Source of the DNA: Geopsychrobacter sp.
GTDB taxonomy: Bacteria; Desulfobacterota; Desulfuromonadia; Desulfuromonadales; Geopsychrobacteraceae
NCBI GenBank assembly: GCA_012974425.1
Contig: JAAXQE010000095.1
Span: forward strand, 519-64,518
Direction of reading: 5' to 3'
Length of the DNA stretch: 64,000 bases
A program made the position numbers and the translations under genes. The notes under the pieces are model-generated. The model was not told where the DNA came from, did no database searches, and saw only the letters and a program-made list of their open reading frames with translations. Shown in pieces: positions 47,165 to 57,258 of this stretch (position 1 is its first letter; every line of letters starts with the position of its first letter).

Positions 47165-47605
47165 TCAGGTGTTCTCGAGAATCCCGAACGATTCGGCATC
47201 CAAAAGTTTTACCCCGTTGTCTAGCAGCAGCTGGATCGCCTGATCATTGTCGCTGAAGCAGAAAACCATCACTGCATCGACCGAAGAGGTTCCCGCGAGA
47301 GCGTACATGTAGTCGACGTTTATCTGTTTATCCATCAGCAGCTTGAGGATTTTGGCCAGACTGCTCGGGGTATCGGTGATTTGGGCGGCGACAACATCGT
47401 CGACCCTGGCCGGCAGCTGTTTCTTCATAATAATGCGTCGCGCCTTGGCAACGTCAGAGACCAGAATCCTCAAGACACCAAAACCGGAAACGTCGCAAAT
47501 TGATAAAGATCTCAGGTTGAGGCCAGCTTCACCGAGGGCCTGAGTTGCTTCATAGAGGCGTCCCGGCGAATTTTCCAGAAATATTGAAATCTGTTTCAGT
47601 TTCAT
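47165..47605 (-). CDS. Tandem ACT-domain protein, copy 1
   Basis: QISIFLENSPGRL and INVDYMYA motifs; RBS spacing favours ATG 47605. Confidence 0.85.
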   Translation of the reverse strand: MKLKQISIFLENSPGRLYEATQALGEAGLNLRSLSICDVSGFGVLRILVSDVAKARRIIMKKQLPARVDDVVAAQITDTPSSLAKILKLLMDKQINVDYMYALAGTSSVDAVMVFCFSDNDQAIQLLLDNGVKLLDAESFGILENT

Positions 47606-47626
47606 GACCATCTCCCTTGCCCGAGC

Positions 47627-47657
47627 TCCGGATCCGCCGCGTATCGACGGATCCGGA
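47627..47657. other. Stem-loop between iorB and the first ACT gene
   Basis: TCCGGATCCG-N11-CGGATCCGGA, perfect 10 bp. Confidence 0.6.
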
Positions 47658-47701
47658 TTTAAGTGATGTCGAACGACTGGACCAATGCGGTTCGATTTAG
47701 A

Positions 47702-48274
47702 TCAAGCCGCCGCGCCGCCGGCCAGAGCCTTTAAGTTGACCTCTCTCCCTTTGCCTTGCGAGAGTTGCTTAACAACGGCGGTAATGACTTCTTCAGTGAT
47801 CGGCAGCTGTTTCATGACTGTCCCGACCATCACCATATTGACCGCTTTGCCATTGCCGGCTTCGCGGGCGATCGAAAGGGCATCAATGCCCAGCGCTTCG
47901 GTGCAGACCGCGTCGATCTGTTGCTCCACATCGGCCGGGTAAATCGCCAGGCCAGCGGCCACAGTACTTGGGTTGATGGTCACCTTGTTGTAGACCAGCC
48001 GCCCTCCGGGCTTGAGGTAGTGGCTATAGCGCAAGGCTTCCAGCGGTTCGAAGGAGATCAGCAGGTCGGCGGTGCCGGGCATGACCACCGGTGAACTGAC
48101 CTGGTCGCCGATGCGGACAAAGCTGATGACGCTGCCACCACGCTGGGCCATGCCGTGCACTTCGTTCTGCTTGACGTCCATGCCACTGGCCAGAGCGCTT
48201 TCGGAGAGAACCTTGGAGGCCATCAGGACTCCCTGTCCACCGACACCGGCAATTACGATATTAAAGATTTGCAT
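47702..48274 (-). CDS. iorB: Indolepyruvate:ferredoxin oxidoreductase beta subunit
   Basis: IAGVGGQGVL, EVHGMAQRGGSV and FEPLEALR motifs; start at MQIFNIV (48274), overlapping the iorA stop. Confidence 0.9.
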   Translation of the reverse strand: MQIFNIVIAGVGGQGVLMASKVLSESALASGMDVKQNEVHGMAQRGGSVISFVRIGDQVSSPVVMPGTADLLISFEPLEALRYSHYLKPGGRLVYNKVTINPSTVAAGLAIYPADVEQQIDAVCTEALGIDALSIAREAGNGKAVNMVMVGTVMKQLPITEEVITAVVKQLSQGKGREVNLKALAGGAAA

Positions 48275-50033
48275 TGTTAGCTCCCTCCAGTTCGTGCATC
48301 GCGTCGAATTTACACATCTGTGTGCAGACGCCGCAGCCATTACAGATATTGGGGTCGACCCGTACGGTCTGCTTGTCGCCACTGCCGGTTAGTCCCAGTG
48401 CCATGCAGGCCACCCTGAGACAGGCGCGGCAACCGGTGCATTTGTCGGTCTCGACAGTCATGGCCGGTTTGCGGATTTTGTAACGCAGGATGCAGGGATT
48501 TTTGTCGATCAGCACATAGGGGCCTGGTGTTTCGAGACCTTTTTTGATTGCTGCTTCGGTCGCTTTCAGGTCGTAGGCATCCAGTTCAACGACGTTGTCG
48601 ATACCCAGCGCCTTGACCAGCGGGGCAATCTCGACCTGACGGGCGGGGAGGCCCTGAAGGGTTTTGCCGGTGCCGGGATTCTCCTGGCCGCCGGTCATGC
48701 CGGTGGTGCGGTTATCCATGATGATGACCAGGGCGTTGCCGGTGTTGTAAGCCATGCTGAGCAGGCCGGTCATCCCGGAATGGAAGAAGGTCGAGTCGCC
48801 GATAACGGCAACCGGTTTTTCCCGACCGCCGGCCATCTCGTTGACCTTGGCAATGCCGTGGGCGGCGCTGATGCTGGCGCCCATGTCGATACAGGTGTGC
48901 ATGGCGCCCATCGGCGGCAGTGCGCCCAGGGTGTAGCAGCCGATGTCACCGGAGACGAAGACCTTCAGTTTGCTGAGAATGGTAAACAGGCCGCGGTGCG
49001 CGCAGCTGGGACAGAACACCGGCGGACGCTGCGGCAGTCCTTCGACCGGGGCGGTTCCGGTTGCTACCGGCTGATCCTCGGCGGCAGAACGGATGATGTC
49101 GGTGTTGACCTCGCCGCAAAAAGAGATCTTGTCTTTGCCGACGTCAACGTTGATGCCCATGGCGCGGATCTGCTCTTCGAAGATACCGTCCAGTTCCTCG
49201 ACAATCATCAAACGATCGACCTTGCTGGCAAACTCGCGGATTTTGTTTTCGGGCAGCGGGTGGACCATGCCAAGCTTCAAAATCGAGGCGTTGGGGTAGG
49301 TCTCCTTGACGTGGTGGTAGGCGACCCCACAGGTGATAATGCCGAGCTCGGTATCCTTTAGTTCCACCCGGTTCAGTGGGCTGGTCTCGGCAAATTCCTT
49401 GAGACGCAGCAGGCGCTCTTCAATTTCAGCGTGCTTGATTCTGCCGAAGTTCGGTAACATGACATACTTCGGCACGTTCTTGTCCAGGTCGCGGATCTGC
49501 GGTTCGATCTTTTCCTGTTGCTCGACGATCCCTTTGGCGTGTGAAATGCGGGTTGTGGTCCGCAGCATCAGCGGGGTATCGAACTGTTCGGAAATCTCAA
49601 AACCGGCTTTGACGAAATCGTAGGCCTCTTGAGAGTCGGACGGATCAAGCATTGGAACCTTGGCGAACTTGGCGTAGTTGCGGCTGTCCTGCTCGTTCTG
49701 CGACGAGTGCATACCGGGATCGTCGGAGACCATCAGGATCAGCCCAGCGTTGACACCGGTCTGGGTCAGGGTCATCAGCGCATCGGCAGCCACGTTGACG
49801 CCAACGTGCTTCATGGTAGCGATGGTGCGTCCGCCGGCGATCGAGGCGCCGATGGCCGACTCGAGAGCGACCTTCTCGTTTGGAGCCCACTCGCAGTAAA
49901 CCTTACCGTGGCGGGCGACCTCTTCAAGGGTTTCGGTACTGGGCGTGCCGGGATAACCGGAGGCGAAAACCCCACCAAAGTCGGTGAAGCCCAGAGCGAT
50001 TGCTTCGTTGCCCGAGATTATTTTTTTCATCAA
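48261..50033 (-). CDS. iorA: Indolepyruvate:ferredoxin oxidoreductase alpha subunit
   Basis: GNEAIA, GYPGTPSTE, SSQNEQDSR, RPPVFCPSCAHR, TPP motif GDSTFFHSG...DN and C-terminal 2x[4Fe-4S]. Confidence 0.93.
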   Translation of the reverse strand: MMKKIISGNEAIALGFTDFGGVFASGYPGTPSTETLEEVARHGKVYCEWAPNEKVALESAIGASIAGGRTIATMKHVGVNVAADALMTLTQTGVNAGLILMVSDDPGMHSSQNEQDSRNYAKFAKVPMLDPSDSQEAYDFVKAGFEISEQFDTPLMLRTTTRISHAKGIVEQQEKIEPQIRDLDKNVPKYVMLPNFGRIKHAEIEERLLRLKEFAETSPLNRVELKDTELGIITCGVAYHHVKETYPNASILKLGMVHPLPENKIREFASKVDRLMIVEELDGIFEEQIRAMGINVDVGKDKISFCGEVNTDIIRSAAEDQPVATGTAPVEGLPQRPPVFCPSCAHRGLFTILSKLKVFVSGDIGCYTLGALPPMGAMHTCIDMGASISAAHGIAKVNEMAGGREKPVAVIGDSTFFHSGMTGLLSMAYNTGNALVIIMDNRTTGMTGGQENPGTGKTLQGLPARQVEIAPLVKALGIDNVVELDAYDLKATEAAIKKGLETPGPYVLIDKNPCILRYKIRKPAMTVETDKCTGCRACLRVACMALGLTGSGDKQTVRVDPNICNGCGVCTQMCKFDAMHELEGANNANL

Positions 50034-50199
50034 TCTTATCCTTCTTTCGTCTATGTGGTTGATCGACTGAACGCATCCTGCGTCGGCGTGGGTCGGTTGG
50101 GCCGCATTCCGCTAGCCTGGTTTGCGGCCCGAATCCGTCTCTTAACCGGTTGTACCGGAGCCTGGCCGATTTCGATTTCGATTTCTTGTTCTGCCGCCG

Positions 50200-51609
50200 C
50201 TATGCTGGCGCCGCGATCGTTTGTGCCGCTGCTTGAACGGTTTTGCCTGCCTGTGGCGGCTGCAGCGTTGCCCCGAGGTAGTTCAGTTCTCGGGCCTGCG
50301 CGGTCAATTGCTCGCGGAACTGTGGATGAGCAATGTCGATCAGTGCCTGGCTGCGCTGGCGGACGCTCTTGCCGTAGAGGTCGGCGATGCCGAACTCGGT
50401 GACGACATAGCGGACATGATTGCGGCTGGTAACGACACCGGCACCATGTTTGAGCATCGGGACGATTTTGCTGACCACAGAGCCATCGCGCAGAGTTGAA
50501 GTACTCGGCATGGTGATAATCGCAACGCCGCCCTTGGAGCGTGAGGCACCGTAGGTGAAATCGAGCTGTCCGCCGACCGCTGAATACATCTTCGGGCCGA
50601 TACTGTCGGCACAGACCTGGCCGGTGAAATCGACTTCGATGGCCTGGTTGATAGCGACCATTTTGTCATTCTGGGCAATTACCATCGGATCGTTGATATA
50701 TTCAGAGCGACGTAGTTCTATCATCGGATTGTTGTTCGCCCACTCATAGAGACGTTTGGTGCCGAGCAGGAAACCGGCGACGATCTTACCGGGATGCAGG
50801 GTCTTGCGGGAACCGTTGATGACCCCGGCCTCGACCAGGTCGATAATGCCATCGGAGATCAGTTCGGAGTGGATGCCGAGGTCCTTCTTGTCGTGCAGGT
50901 GCTTGAGGACGGCATCGGCAACGCCACCGATACCGAGCTGCATGGTGGCACCGTCGGGAATCAAACTGGCAATATGGCCGGCGATCTGTTCGACCAGTTC
51001 TGGATCGTTCTCATCGGCCATGTGGCGCTCGGTCAGCGGTACATCGACTTCGACAATGTGGTTCATGCGCGAAACGTGCATGGCGGTATCGCCGAGAGTG
51101 CGTGGCATCTGCTGGTTAACCTGCGCGATGACGATGCGTGCGGATTCGGCAGCGGTCATGGTCAGCCCTGCTTCACCACCGAGGGAACAGAAACCGTTTT
51201 CATCGGGGGTCGAGACATGAATCAAGGCGACATCGAGAGGCAGGATGCCGTTTTTGAACAGCAACGGAAATTCGGACAGCAGCACCGGGGTGAAATCGCC
51301 ACGTCCTTCGTTGATCGCCGCGCGGACATTGGGGCTGATGAACATAGAGTTGACCCGCAGGTGGCCGGCCATCTCGGGGGCGACATAATCTGATGAGCAG
51401 ATGGTCAGAACCTGGGCAATTTCGACGTTGTAAATCTCTGGGGCGCGCTTTACCAGTGCCTCAAGCAGCTGCAATGGCACCGAAGCATTGCCGGTGAGGT
51501 AAACCCGCTGATCTGAATTGACCGCTTTGATAGCTTCATCAGCAGTAGTCACGCGTGAAGAATAAATTTCTTTCCAATTTTTGATGTCTTTCCAGTCTGT
51601 TATCACCAT
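50200..51609 (-). CDS. Acetyl-CoA hydrolase/4-hydroxybutyrate CoA-transferase (Cat2) family
   Basis: QLGIGG, IHSELISD, GQVCADSIG, GGQLDF and VVTEFGIA motifs; about 25-aa low-complexity C-terminal tail. Confidence 0.88.
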   Translation of the reverse strand: MVITDWKDIKNWKEIYSSRVTTADEAIKAVNSDQRVYLTGNASVPLQLLEALVKRAPEIYNVEIAQVLTICSSDYVAPEMAGHLRVNSMFISPNVRAAINEGRGDFTPVLLSEFPLLFKNGILPLDVALIHVSTPDENGFCSLGGEAGLTMTAAESARIVIAQVNQQMPRTLGDTAMHVSRMNHIVEVDVPLTERHMADENDPELVEQIAGHIASLIPDGATMQLGIGGVADAVLKHLHDKKDLGIHSELISDGIIDLVEAGVINGSRKTLHPGKIVAGFLLGTKRLYEWANNNPMIELRRSEYINDPMVIAQNDKMVAINQAIEVDFTGQVCADSIGPKMYSAVGGQLDFTYGASRSKGGVAIITMPSTSTLRDGSVVSKIVPMLKHGAGVVTSRNHVRYVVTEFGIADLYGKSVRQRSQALIDIAHPQFREQLTAQARELNYLGATLQPPQAGKTVQAAAQTIAAPA

Positions 51610-51713
51610 GGTTAGCTCCTTCTGTCGTGGGTTTGTTTCACATTCACTGTTTTAGGTTTCTGGTAAATCGATTGTTAGCAGCGCAGACGACTGCGTCGGG
51701 CTACCGGTATTCC

Positions 51714-53801
51714 TTAAATTCTGATGCGGCCGTCGACGGCGAAGAGGCTGTTTTCGAAAGCCATCAGTGGGTTCAAATCCATCTCTTGAATCATTGGCAA
51801 GTCGCCAAGTAGTTGCGAGACCCGCTGGATTACTTCGATGACCGCCTGCTTGTCGATACCCGCTTCGCCGCGCACACCATCGAGCAGCGCAGCGGTCTTG
51901 ATCCCGGCCAGCATCTCTTCGGCTTCGACGCGGGTCACCGGAGCGACCTTGAAAATGACATCCTTAAGGACTTCGACATAGATGCCGCCGAGCCCGAACA
52001 TCACCAGATGACCAAGTTCCCGTTCGGCGCTGGCGCCAATAATCAGCTCTTTTCCACCAGGCATGAATTTTTGCACCAGAAAGCCGAGTTCGCCATAGGT
52101 GCCAAGCCGTTGTTGCATCTCCACAACGGTACTGCGTACCGCCTCTGCATCCTTGAGATTGATGGCGACTCCGCCCATGTCACTTTTATGATCGATTTCG
52201 GCACAGTCAACCTTGACGACCACCGGGTAGCCGATCTCGCTGGCGGCGGCGACAGCCTGGCCGGCATTGCTGACCACCTGCCATGGCGCAACCTGGATTC
52301 CATAGGCTTCGAATATTCGGTAGACTTCGTAGGCCGAGAGCACTTCACGACCGGCCTGCCGGGCGGCCTCGATAATCTCTTTGGCCATGTCGGCTTTGGT
52401 GTCGCTGAATATCTGCGGTTGACCGATATCGCGCTGCTGGATACGGCCGTATTTGACCAGTGCACCGAGGGCGCGGGCGGCATCGCCCGGGTTGGCATAG
52501 CAGGGGACCTCGCCCTCTTTCATGATCGCAGCAGTCTTCTGGTAACGCTCCAGTTTCATATTGGTCATGAAGTTACAGACCAGCGGCTTGCGACGTTGCC
52601 GGCTGACTTCGACGATTTCGCGGGCCACTGCATCGGTATCGGTGAAGGGCGCGGTGACGAAGTTGATGTAGATACAGTCGATCTGGTCATCGTCAAGCAT
52701 AACGTCGAGGGCTGCCCGGAACTGGGGGCCGCCAGCGGTGGCAACAACGTCGATCGGGTTTTCCAGTGCGGCCTGCGGGAGCTGGGTTTCGCGCAGTTTG
52801 GCGATAGAGGCTTCGCAAAGTTTGGGCACGTCAAGGTCGAAATCGACCAGCACATCGGTGGCGATAACGGCCGGTCCGCCGGTGTTGGTGATAATGCCGA
52901 CCCGGTTGCCGGTCGGAATCGGCTGACTGGAAAAGGCCATCGCTGCGCGGACGATTTCACCTTCATCATGGAAGGGCAGGACGCCGACCTTCTCGAAAAT
53001 AAGTTCGGTGGCAATATCCACGCCGGCCAGTGAACCGGTATGTGATGACGCGGCCTTGGCGCCTTGCTCGGTGCGCCCGGACTTCATCGCCAGAACCGGT
53101 TTTTTCTTTGTCACCTCGCGGGCTACTTCAAGAAACTCGCGCGGCTTGTCGAAGCCTTCGGTATAGAGGATGATGGCGTTGGTCCCTTCATCCTGGCCAT
53201 AGTATTCAATGATTTCCGGAATCGACACGTCACAGGCATTGCCGTTGGAGGCGTAGAGGCGCTGGCCAATGTCCAGATCGTCCAGCACCTGCATGATCAG
53301 CGCGCCAACTCCGCCGCTCAGGGCGACGACGGAAATGCTGCCCGGTTTCGGAAAGGTAAAGGTGAAATTGCAGTAGGCATTCAGTTCCGGATCGGAATTG
53401 ATAATCCCCTGACAGTTGGGTCCGAACACCCGGATCCCGTATTTGCGGGCGGTGGCCAGAAACTCTTCCTGCAGTCTGGCACCCTCGTCGCCCATTTCGC
53501 TGAAACCGGCTGAATTGATGATGACTGCCTTGACACCTTTTTGCCCACATTCTTCCATCGCTTGTGGAACGAACTGGGCGGGGATGATGATGTGCGCCAG
53601 ATCGATTTCGCCGGGGATTTCAGTCAGGGTCGCATAGGACTTGAGTCCGCAGACCTCGCTGGCTTTGGCGTTAACCGGATAGATTTCTCCCGTGTAGCCG
53701 TAATGTTGCAGGTTTCTGATGATGACGTTGCCGATGGACAGTTCTTTGGTCGAGGCACCGATCAGGGCGACCGCTTTTGGCTTAAACAGGGCGTCTAACA
53801 T
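51714..53801 (-). CDS. ADP-forming acyl-CoA synthetase (ACD), fused alpha/beta
   Basis: CoA-binding AVALIGAS, GPNCQG, phospho-His motif SSHTGSLAG, and ATP-grasp domain YPVVVK...HKSD.GGV...DLNP. Confidence 0.88.
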   Translation of the reverse strand: MLDALFKPKAVALIGASTKELSIGNVIIRNLQHYGYTGEIYPVNAKASEVCGLKSYATLTEIPGEIDLAHIIIPAQFVPQAMEECGQKGVKAVIINSAGFSEMGDEGARLQEEFLATARKYGIRVFGPNCQGIINSDPELNAYCNFTFTFPKPGSISVVALSGGVGALIMQVLDDLDIGQRLYASNGNACDVSIPEIIEYYGQDEGTNAIILYTEGFDKPREFLEVAREVTKKKPVLAMKSGRTEQGAKAASSHTGSLAGVDIATELIFEKVGVLPFHDEGEIVRAAMAFSSQPIPTGNRVGIITNTGGPAVIATDVLVDFDLDVPKLCEASIAKLRETQLPQAALENPIDVVATAGGPQFRAALDVMLDDDQIDCIYINFVTAPFTDTDAVAREIVEVSRQRRKPLVCNFMTNMKLERYQKTAAIMKEGEVPCYANPGDAARALGALVKYGRIQQRDIGQPQIFSDTKADMAKEIIEAARQAGREVLSAYEVYRIFEAYGIQVAPWQVVSNAGQAVAAASEIGYPVVVKVDCAEIDHKSDMGGVAINLKDAEAVRSTVVEMQQRLGTYGELGFLVQKFMPGGKELIIGASAERELGHLVMFGLGGIYVEVLKDVIFKVAPVTRVEAEEMLAGIKTAALLDGVRGEAGIDKQAVIEVIQRVSQLLGDLPMIQEMDLNPLMAFENSLFAVDGRIRI

Positions 53802-55045
53802 TGGCTCTCCTCCAGTTGCTCAATAAAGGCTTCGATATTGGTGCGATTCTGTTCGTCGGAAACACAGCGCAGGTCGTTCAGGTCGCCGGAAATTACCAGA
53901 CTCGGGATGCCGGTTTCCCGCTCCAGTCGCTGTGGCATGCCGTAGCGACTGTTCGAATTGCAAGGGCAGGTCCTGGCGTCGTGGTAGATAATGCCGTCGA
54001 CGCTGAATTTCTCCAGCATCTCTTTGATATAGCTTTCCTTGTAGCTGTCGGAACGGACGATAAACAGGGCCAGGTAGGCCTTGGCCATGCTGCGGATCGG
54101 TTGGTCGGCAGCAAAATCAGGAAAAATCCAGCTGCTGCAGTAGGTGGAAACCACTACGCTGGTATCCAGTTCGGAGAACAGTTCGGAGTGCTGACGTAAC
54201 CGTCCCCAGACCGGCATGCCTTCCCAGTAGATGCGGTATTTCTCGTCGTCGATCGCACCGACTTTGTCGGACGTGCGTTGCTTGAGTTCTTCGAGCAGTT
54301 GCCGGTAATAGTCGATCGCTTGTCGGGTGCCGCGTAATACCACCGCCGGACCCATGTGGATGGTGCCATCGAAGAAGGTCAGCGGTGCCGGTTTGCTGGC
54401 TGCGGTCTCGAGTACCTGGCGCCAGAGATCGGTGCATTCGCGCGATAGGGCAACCGTGTCACGCAGGCGCTGCATGTCCAGCTTTTCGCCGGAAATTTCT
54501 TCCAGGGTCGGGATCAACGCTTCGATCTGCCGGGTGACATCATCAATCAGAATGTCGCTGACATCGGTAAAGTTTTTCGGTGAGGTGATCCCGATACAGG
54601 GAACCTGCAACTCTTTGGCGTACCAGCAGAACCAGTCCTGGACATCGCGGCACTGATTGGTGTTGTAGACCAGCACATCGGGACGGGGTGGTGCTTCAAT
54701 ACCCGGGTAGGCCTTGGCCAGCGGTGAAACCCCTTTCAGGTACGCGCCGATATCTGCCGTCAGGTAAGAGCAGATTTCGGGCGAATAGCCGATGGTGTTG
54801 GCTTCGGGGATCAGCTCGGTGGCCATCCGGGTGGCCCCGAGCATCGCAGCATGATTCTCCGGAAAGTGGACGGCAAATCCCATGGCCCTGAGAAGTTCGG
54901 CCGGGCCGACACTGGTACACCAAGCGACCTTGCGGTCGGTCGATTTTGCCGCCTCGTTCAGATCGTAGAAGTAGTCGGACATGATTTTCATCATCTGTCC
55001 GGTTGACTCGATCTTCTTTCTTTGCGGTTGCTTCGCTTGTGCCAT
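53795..55045 (-). CDS. 2-hydroxyacyl-CoA dehydratase family subunit (HgdAB/FldBC/BcrBC superfamily)
   Basis: GFAVHFPENH, EICSYL, YNTNQC, DGIIYHDARTC and IPSLVISGD motifs. Confidence 0.85.
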   Translation of the reverse strand: MAQAKQPQRKKIESTGQMMKIMSDYFYDLNEAAKSTDRKVAWCTSVGPAELLRAMGFAVHFPENHAAMLGATRMATELIPEANTIGYSPEICSYLTADIGAYLKGVSPLAKAYPGIEAPPRPDVLVYNTNQCRDVQDWFCWYAKELQVPCIGITSPKNFTDVSDILIDDVTRQIEALIPTLEEISGEKLDMQRLRDTVALSRECTDLWRQVLETAASKPAPLTFFDGTIHMGPAVVLRGTRQAIDYYRQLLEELKQRTSDKVGAIDDEKYRIYWEGMPVWGRLRQHSELFSELDTSVVVSTYCSSWIFPDFAADQPIRSMAKAYLALFIVRSDSYKESYIKEMLEKFSVDGIIYHDARTCPCNSNSRYGMPQRLERETGIPSLVISGDLNDLRCVSDEQNRTNIEAFIEQLEESQC

Positions 55046-55200
55046 GATCTCTCCCCAAACGTCTTTGTTTAGTCGATCTCAAGCCGTATAGTTTTGCTGT
55101 CCTGAGTCGAAAAGGTACAGTATTGGAAAACTTTTAATTCGCCATATCAAACTCGAAAGGGGAGGTGCCCCTTTGTTGTTTACTGAAAAATCCTGTCACT

Positions 55201-56010
55201 CTATGCCAGCTTTTGGCCTGGCATATCTTCGGTTGCCGCATCCAGGGCATAGAGCGCTGCGCCATGCGCTCCGGTGAGCTGAGGGAACTCGGTCAGCAGA
55301 ACCGGCCGACCGATCAGCTCCTCGGCCATCTCCACCAGATAGGGGTTGTGGGCGACCACGCCGCCGCACAAAACAACTTTATCGGTCAGCGAATCCATCT
55401 CCAGAACCCGTTGGATCATTGAGTAGAAGATCCCCTTGATGATGGCAGTGACCGGTTTGCCGTGACGGATGTTCTCCAGCACCTCGGTGGCGGAGAAAAC
55501 CGTACAATAGCTGCCGAGCTTGATCATCTCTGTCGCCTGGTGGGCCAGGTTGTTCATCTCGTCGAGCGGGATGTCGAGCCGGCTCGACATCTCCTCAAGA
55601 AAGGCTCCGGTTCCGGCGGCGCATTTTCGATTCATTTTAAAACTGTCGCGGCGCCCCTCGGTATCCAGCTTGATGATTTTGTTGTCCTGCCCACCGATAT
55701 CAATGATGGTGATCGCTTCTGTAAAACTGTAGTAACAGCCTTTGGCGTGGCAGCCGATTTCAGTTTTGCTCTTTTCGGTAACAAAAGCGACGTTGTTGCG
55801 GCCATAGCCGGTAGCGACGGCGTCGGAAATGTCACTCCGGTTGGCACCAGCCAGTTCCAGCGAGGCATCCAGGCAAAGCGCAGCCGTCGCGGCAAAATCG
55901 GTACCCGACTTTTTGACTGCGTGTCCGAGCAGCACCCCGTGGCGGTCGATAACCGCCACCTTGGTGCGTGATGCTCCCATGTCGAGTCCGACATAGACTG
56001 GCTGTGCCAT
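55201..56010 (-). CDS. ATP-dependent dehydratase activator (HgdC/FldI archerase family)
   Basis: GLDMGASRTK, ATGYGR, IIDIGGQDNK, MNRKCAAGTG, CTVFS and GGVA motifs. Confidence 0.92.
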   Translation of the reverse strand: MAQPVYVGLDMGASRTKVAVIDRHGVLLGHAVKKSGTDFAATAALCLDASLELAGANRSDISDAVATGYGRNNVAFVTEKSKTEIGCHAKGCYYSFTEAITIIDIGGQDNKIIKLDTEGRRDSFKMNRKCAAGTGAFLEEMSSRLDIPLDEMNNLAHQATEMIKLGSYCTVFSATEVLENIRHGKPVTAIIKGIFYSMIQRVLEMDSLTDKVVLCGGVVAHNPYLVEMAEELIGRPVLLTEFPQLTGAHGAALYALDAATEDMPGQKLA

Positions 56011-56052
56011 ACTTGCCTCGTTTTTTCTGCTGTGGATTACGCCTGGGTCCGC

Positions 56053-56925
56053 TTAGTACCGGGCTGCTTCCGATTCAATCGTTCTGACCAGATTAACCAG
56101 CCTGGGGCCAATGTCGTCTTCAAGCATATGTTGTCGCAGCACAAATGCTGGTGCTGCACAGTTAAAGGTCAGCAGTCGTGAGCCTGAAATCGGCAGCATC
56201 GGCACGCCGATCGCGTTAACGTCGCTACGCCAGTCGCCGATTGACAGGCAGAAGCCGCGCTCCTCGTAGTCGCGTAACGCCTGTTCGATGCCACTTTTAT
56301 TCTCTGTCCAGTTGTTCGGGTCGCGCTGGCGGATGTTGTCCATCAGCTGCTCTCGCTCATCCTCTGGCAGGCCGCAAAGCAGGGCTCTGCCCATGGCGGT
56401 GCTAGCGATAGGAACCCGGGTACCCGGTTCGCGGCGCAAGGAGACGGTGGCGTCAGTGCTGTGTCGTCCGTCAAGGTAGATCATGCCGAGTCGGTCACGG
56501 GTGCCGACTGAAACTACGGTATGTGAATAGTCTGCCAGATCCTGCATCAGGGGGCGGGCAATCTTCAGTACATCCATGTTGGTGAGTAGCGAAAAGCCGA
56601 GGGAGAGCACTGCGGTGCCGAGTTGGTACTTGCCAAGTTTTACGTCGTGATGCAGATAGTTCATGCGTGTCAGGGTGTAGGTCAATCGAGAAACGGTCGG
56701 TTTCGGCAGCCCGGTGCGCTCGGCAATGTCCTGGTTTCCCAGATGCCGATCTCTCGGTTTGAAGCAGCGCAAAACTTCCAGTCCACGAGCCAGGGCGGTT
56801 ACAAATTGTCGGTCCTTGCTGTTCTCTTCTAGCGAGGAGATGCCGTCCAGCCCAATCAGCTCTGCCCGGTCGTTTTTATTTGTCGGTGCTGTGTTGTCGT
56901 TCATAGCCATATTCTCCGCAGCCAC
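56053..56925 (-). CDS. IclR-family (PcaR/PobR-like) regulator
   Basis: FVTALARGLEVL, IAERTGLPKPTVSRLTYTL and STAMGRA; paralogous to the gene at 29833. Confidence 0.9.
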   Translation of the reverse strand: MAAENMAMNDNTAPTNKNDRAELIGLDGISSLEENSKDRQFVTALARGLEVLRCFKPRDRHLGNQDIAERTGLPKPTVSRLTYTLTRMNYLHHDVKLGKYQLGTAVLSLGFSLLTNMDVLKIARPLMQDLADYSHTVVSVGTRDRLGMIYLDGRHSTDATVSLRREPGTRVPIASTAMGRALLCGLPEDEREQLMDNIRQRDPNNWTENKSGIEQALRDYEERGFCLSIGDWRSDVNAIGVPMLPISGSRLLTFNCAAPAFVLRQHMLEDDIGPRLVNLVRTIESEAARY

Positions 56926-57060
56926 TTGTGCCGATGACGCACATATATAGTAAGGACTGGCTTTGCTGTTTTGACCGGTGCCAGATTTCTCTTGTTATTA
57001 ATGTCTATAGAAAAGATGGGGGGCTGTCAAGGAATAAAACAATGTTTTTACGAAATGTGA

Positions 57061-57075
57061 TTTCGCATTGTGAAA
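57061..57075. promoter_or_regulatory. Palindromic operator, copy 1
   Basis: TTTCGCA-T-TGTGAAA (14/15 identical to copy 2) in the divergent intergenic region. Confidence 0.7.
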
Positions 57076-57258
57076 TTGATAAGCGACCCTTACTGGCCTA
57101 TAAGTAACTCTCTTAGTACCCTTTTGTTCTTTCCGTGCTGCTTGTTATCCTGTTGTATCACTACGTTAGGCGGAGTTGGTTTTTTCTTGTTTATTTTCTG
57201 AAATATATATTTACAAACGCTGTTATGTCGGTTAGGCTTTACTGGAAGCGAAAATTAG

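Noticed and set aside
50168-50185. GATTTC x3 micro-repeat and nearby 8-bp hairpin (50099-50130) between the CoA transferase and iorA
   Set aside because: Too short to call; no spacer structure or coding consequence.
53795-56010. Interpretation as a class I (ATP-dependent) benzoyl-CoA reductase
   Set aside because: Only one activator-type and one dehydratase-type gene are present, there is no adjacent ferredoxin, and a complete class II BCR is already encoded.
56990-57030. Resemblance between the promoter-like strings at 21706 (+) and 57030 (-) (TTGACA-C-run-CTTTT...ATTAAT)
   Set aside because: Spacing differs by 3 nt and the second has no properly spaced -10 box; likely generic promoter composition.
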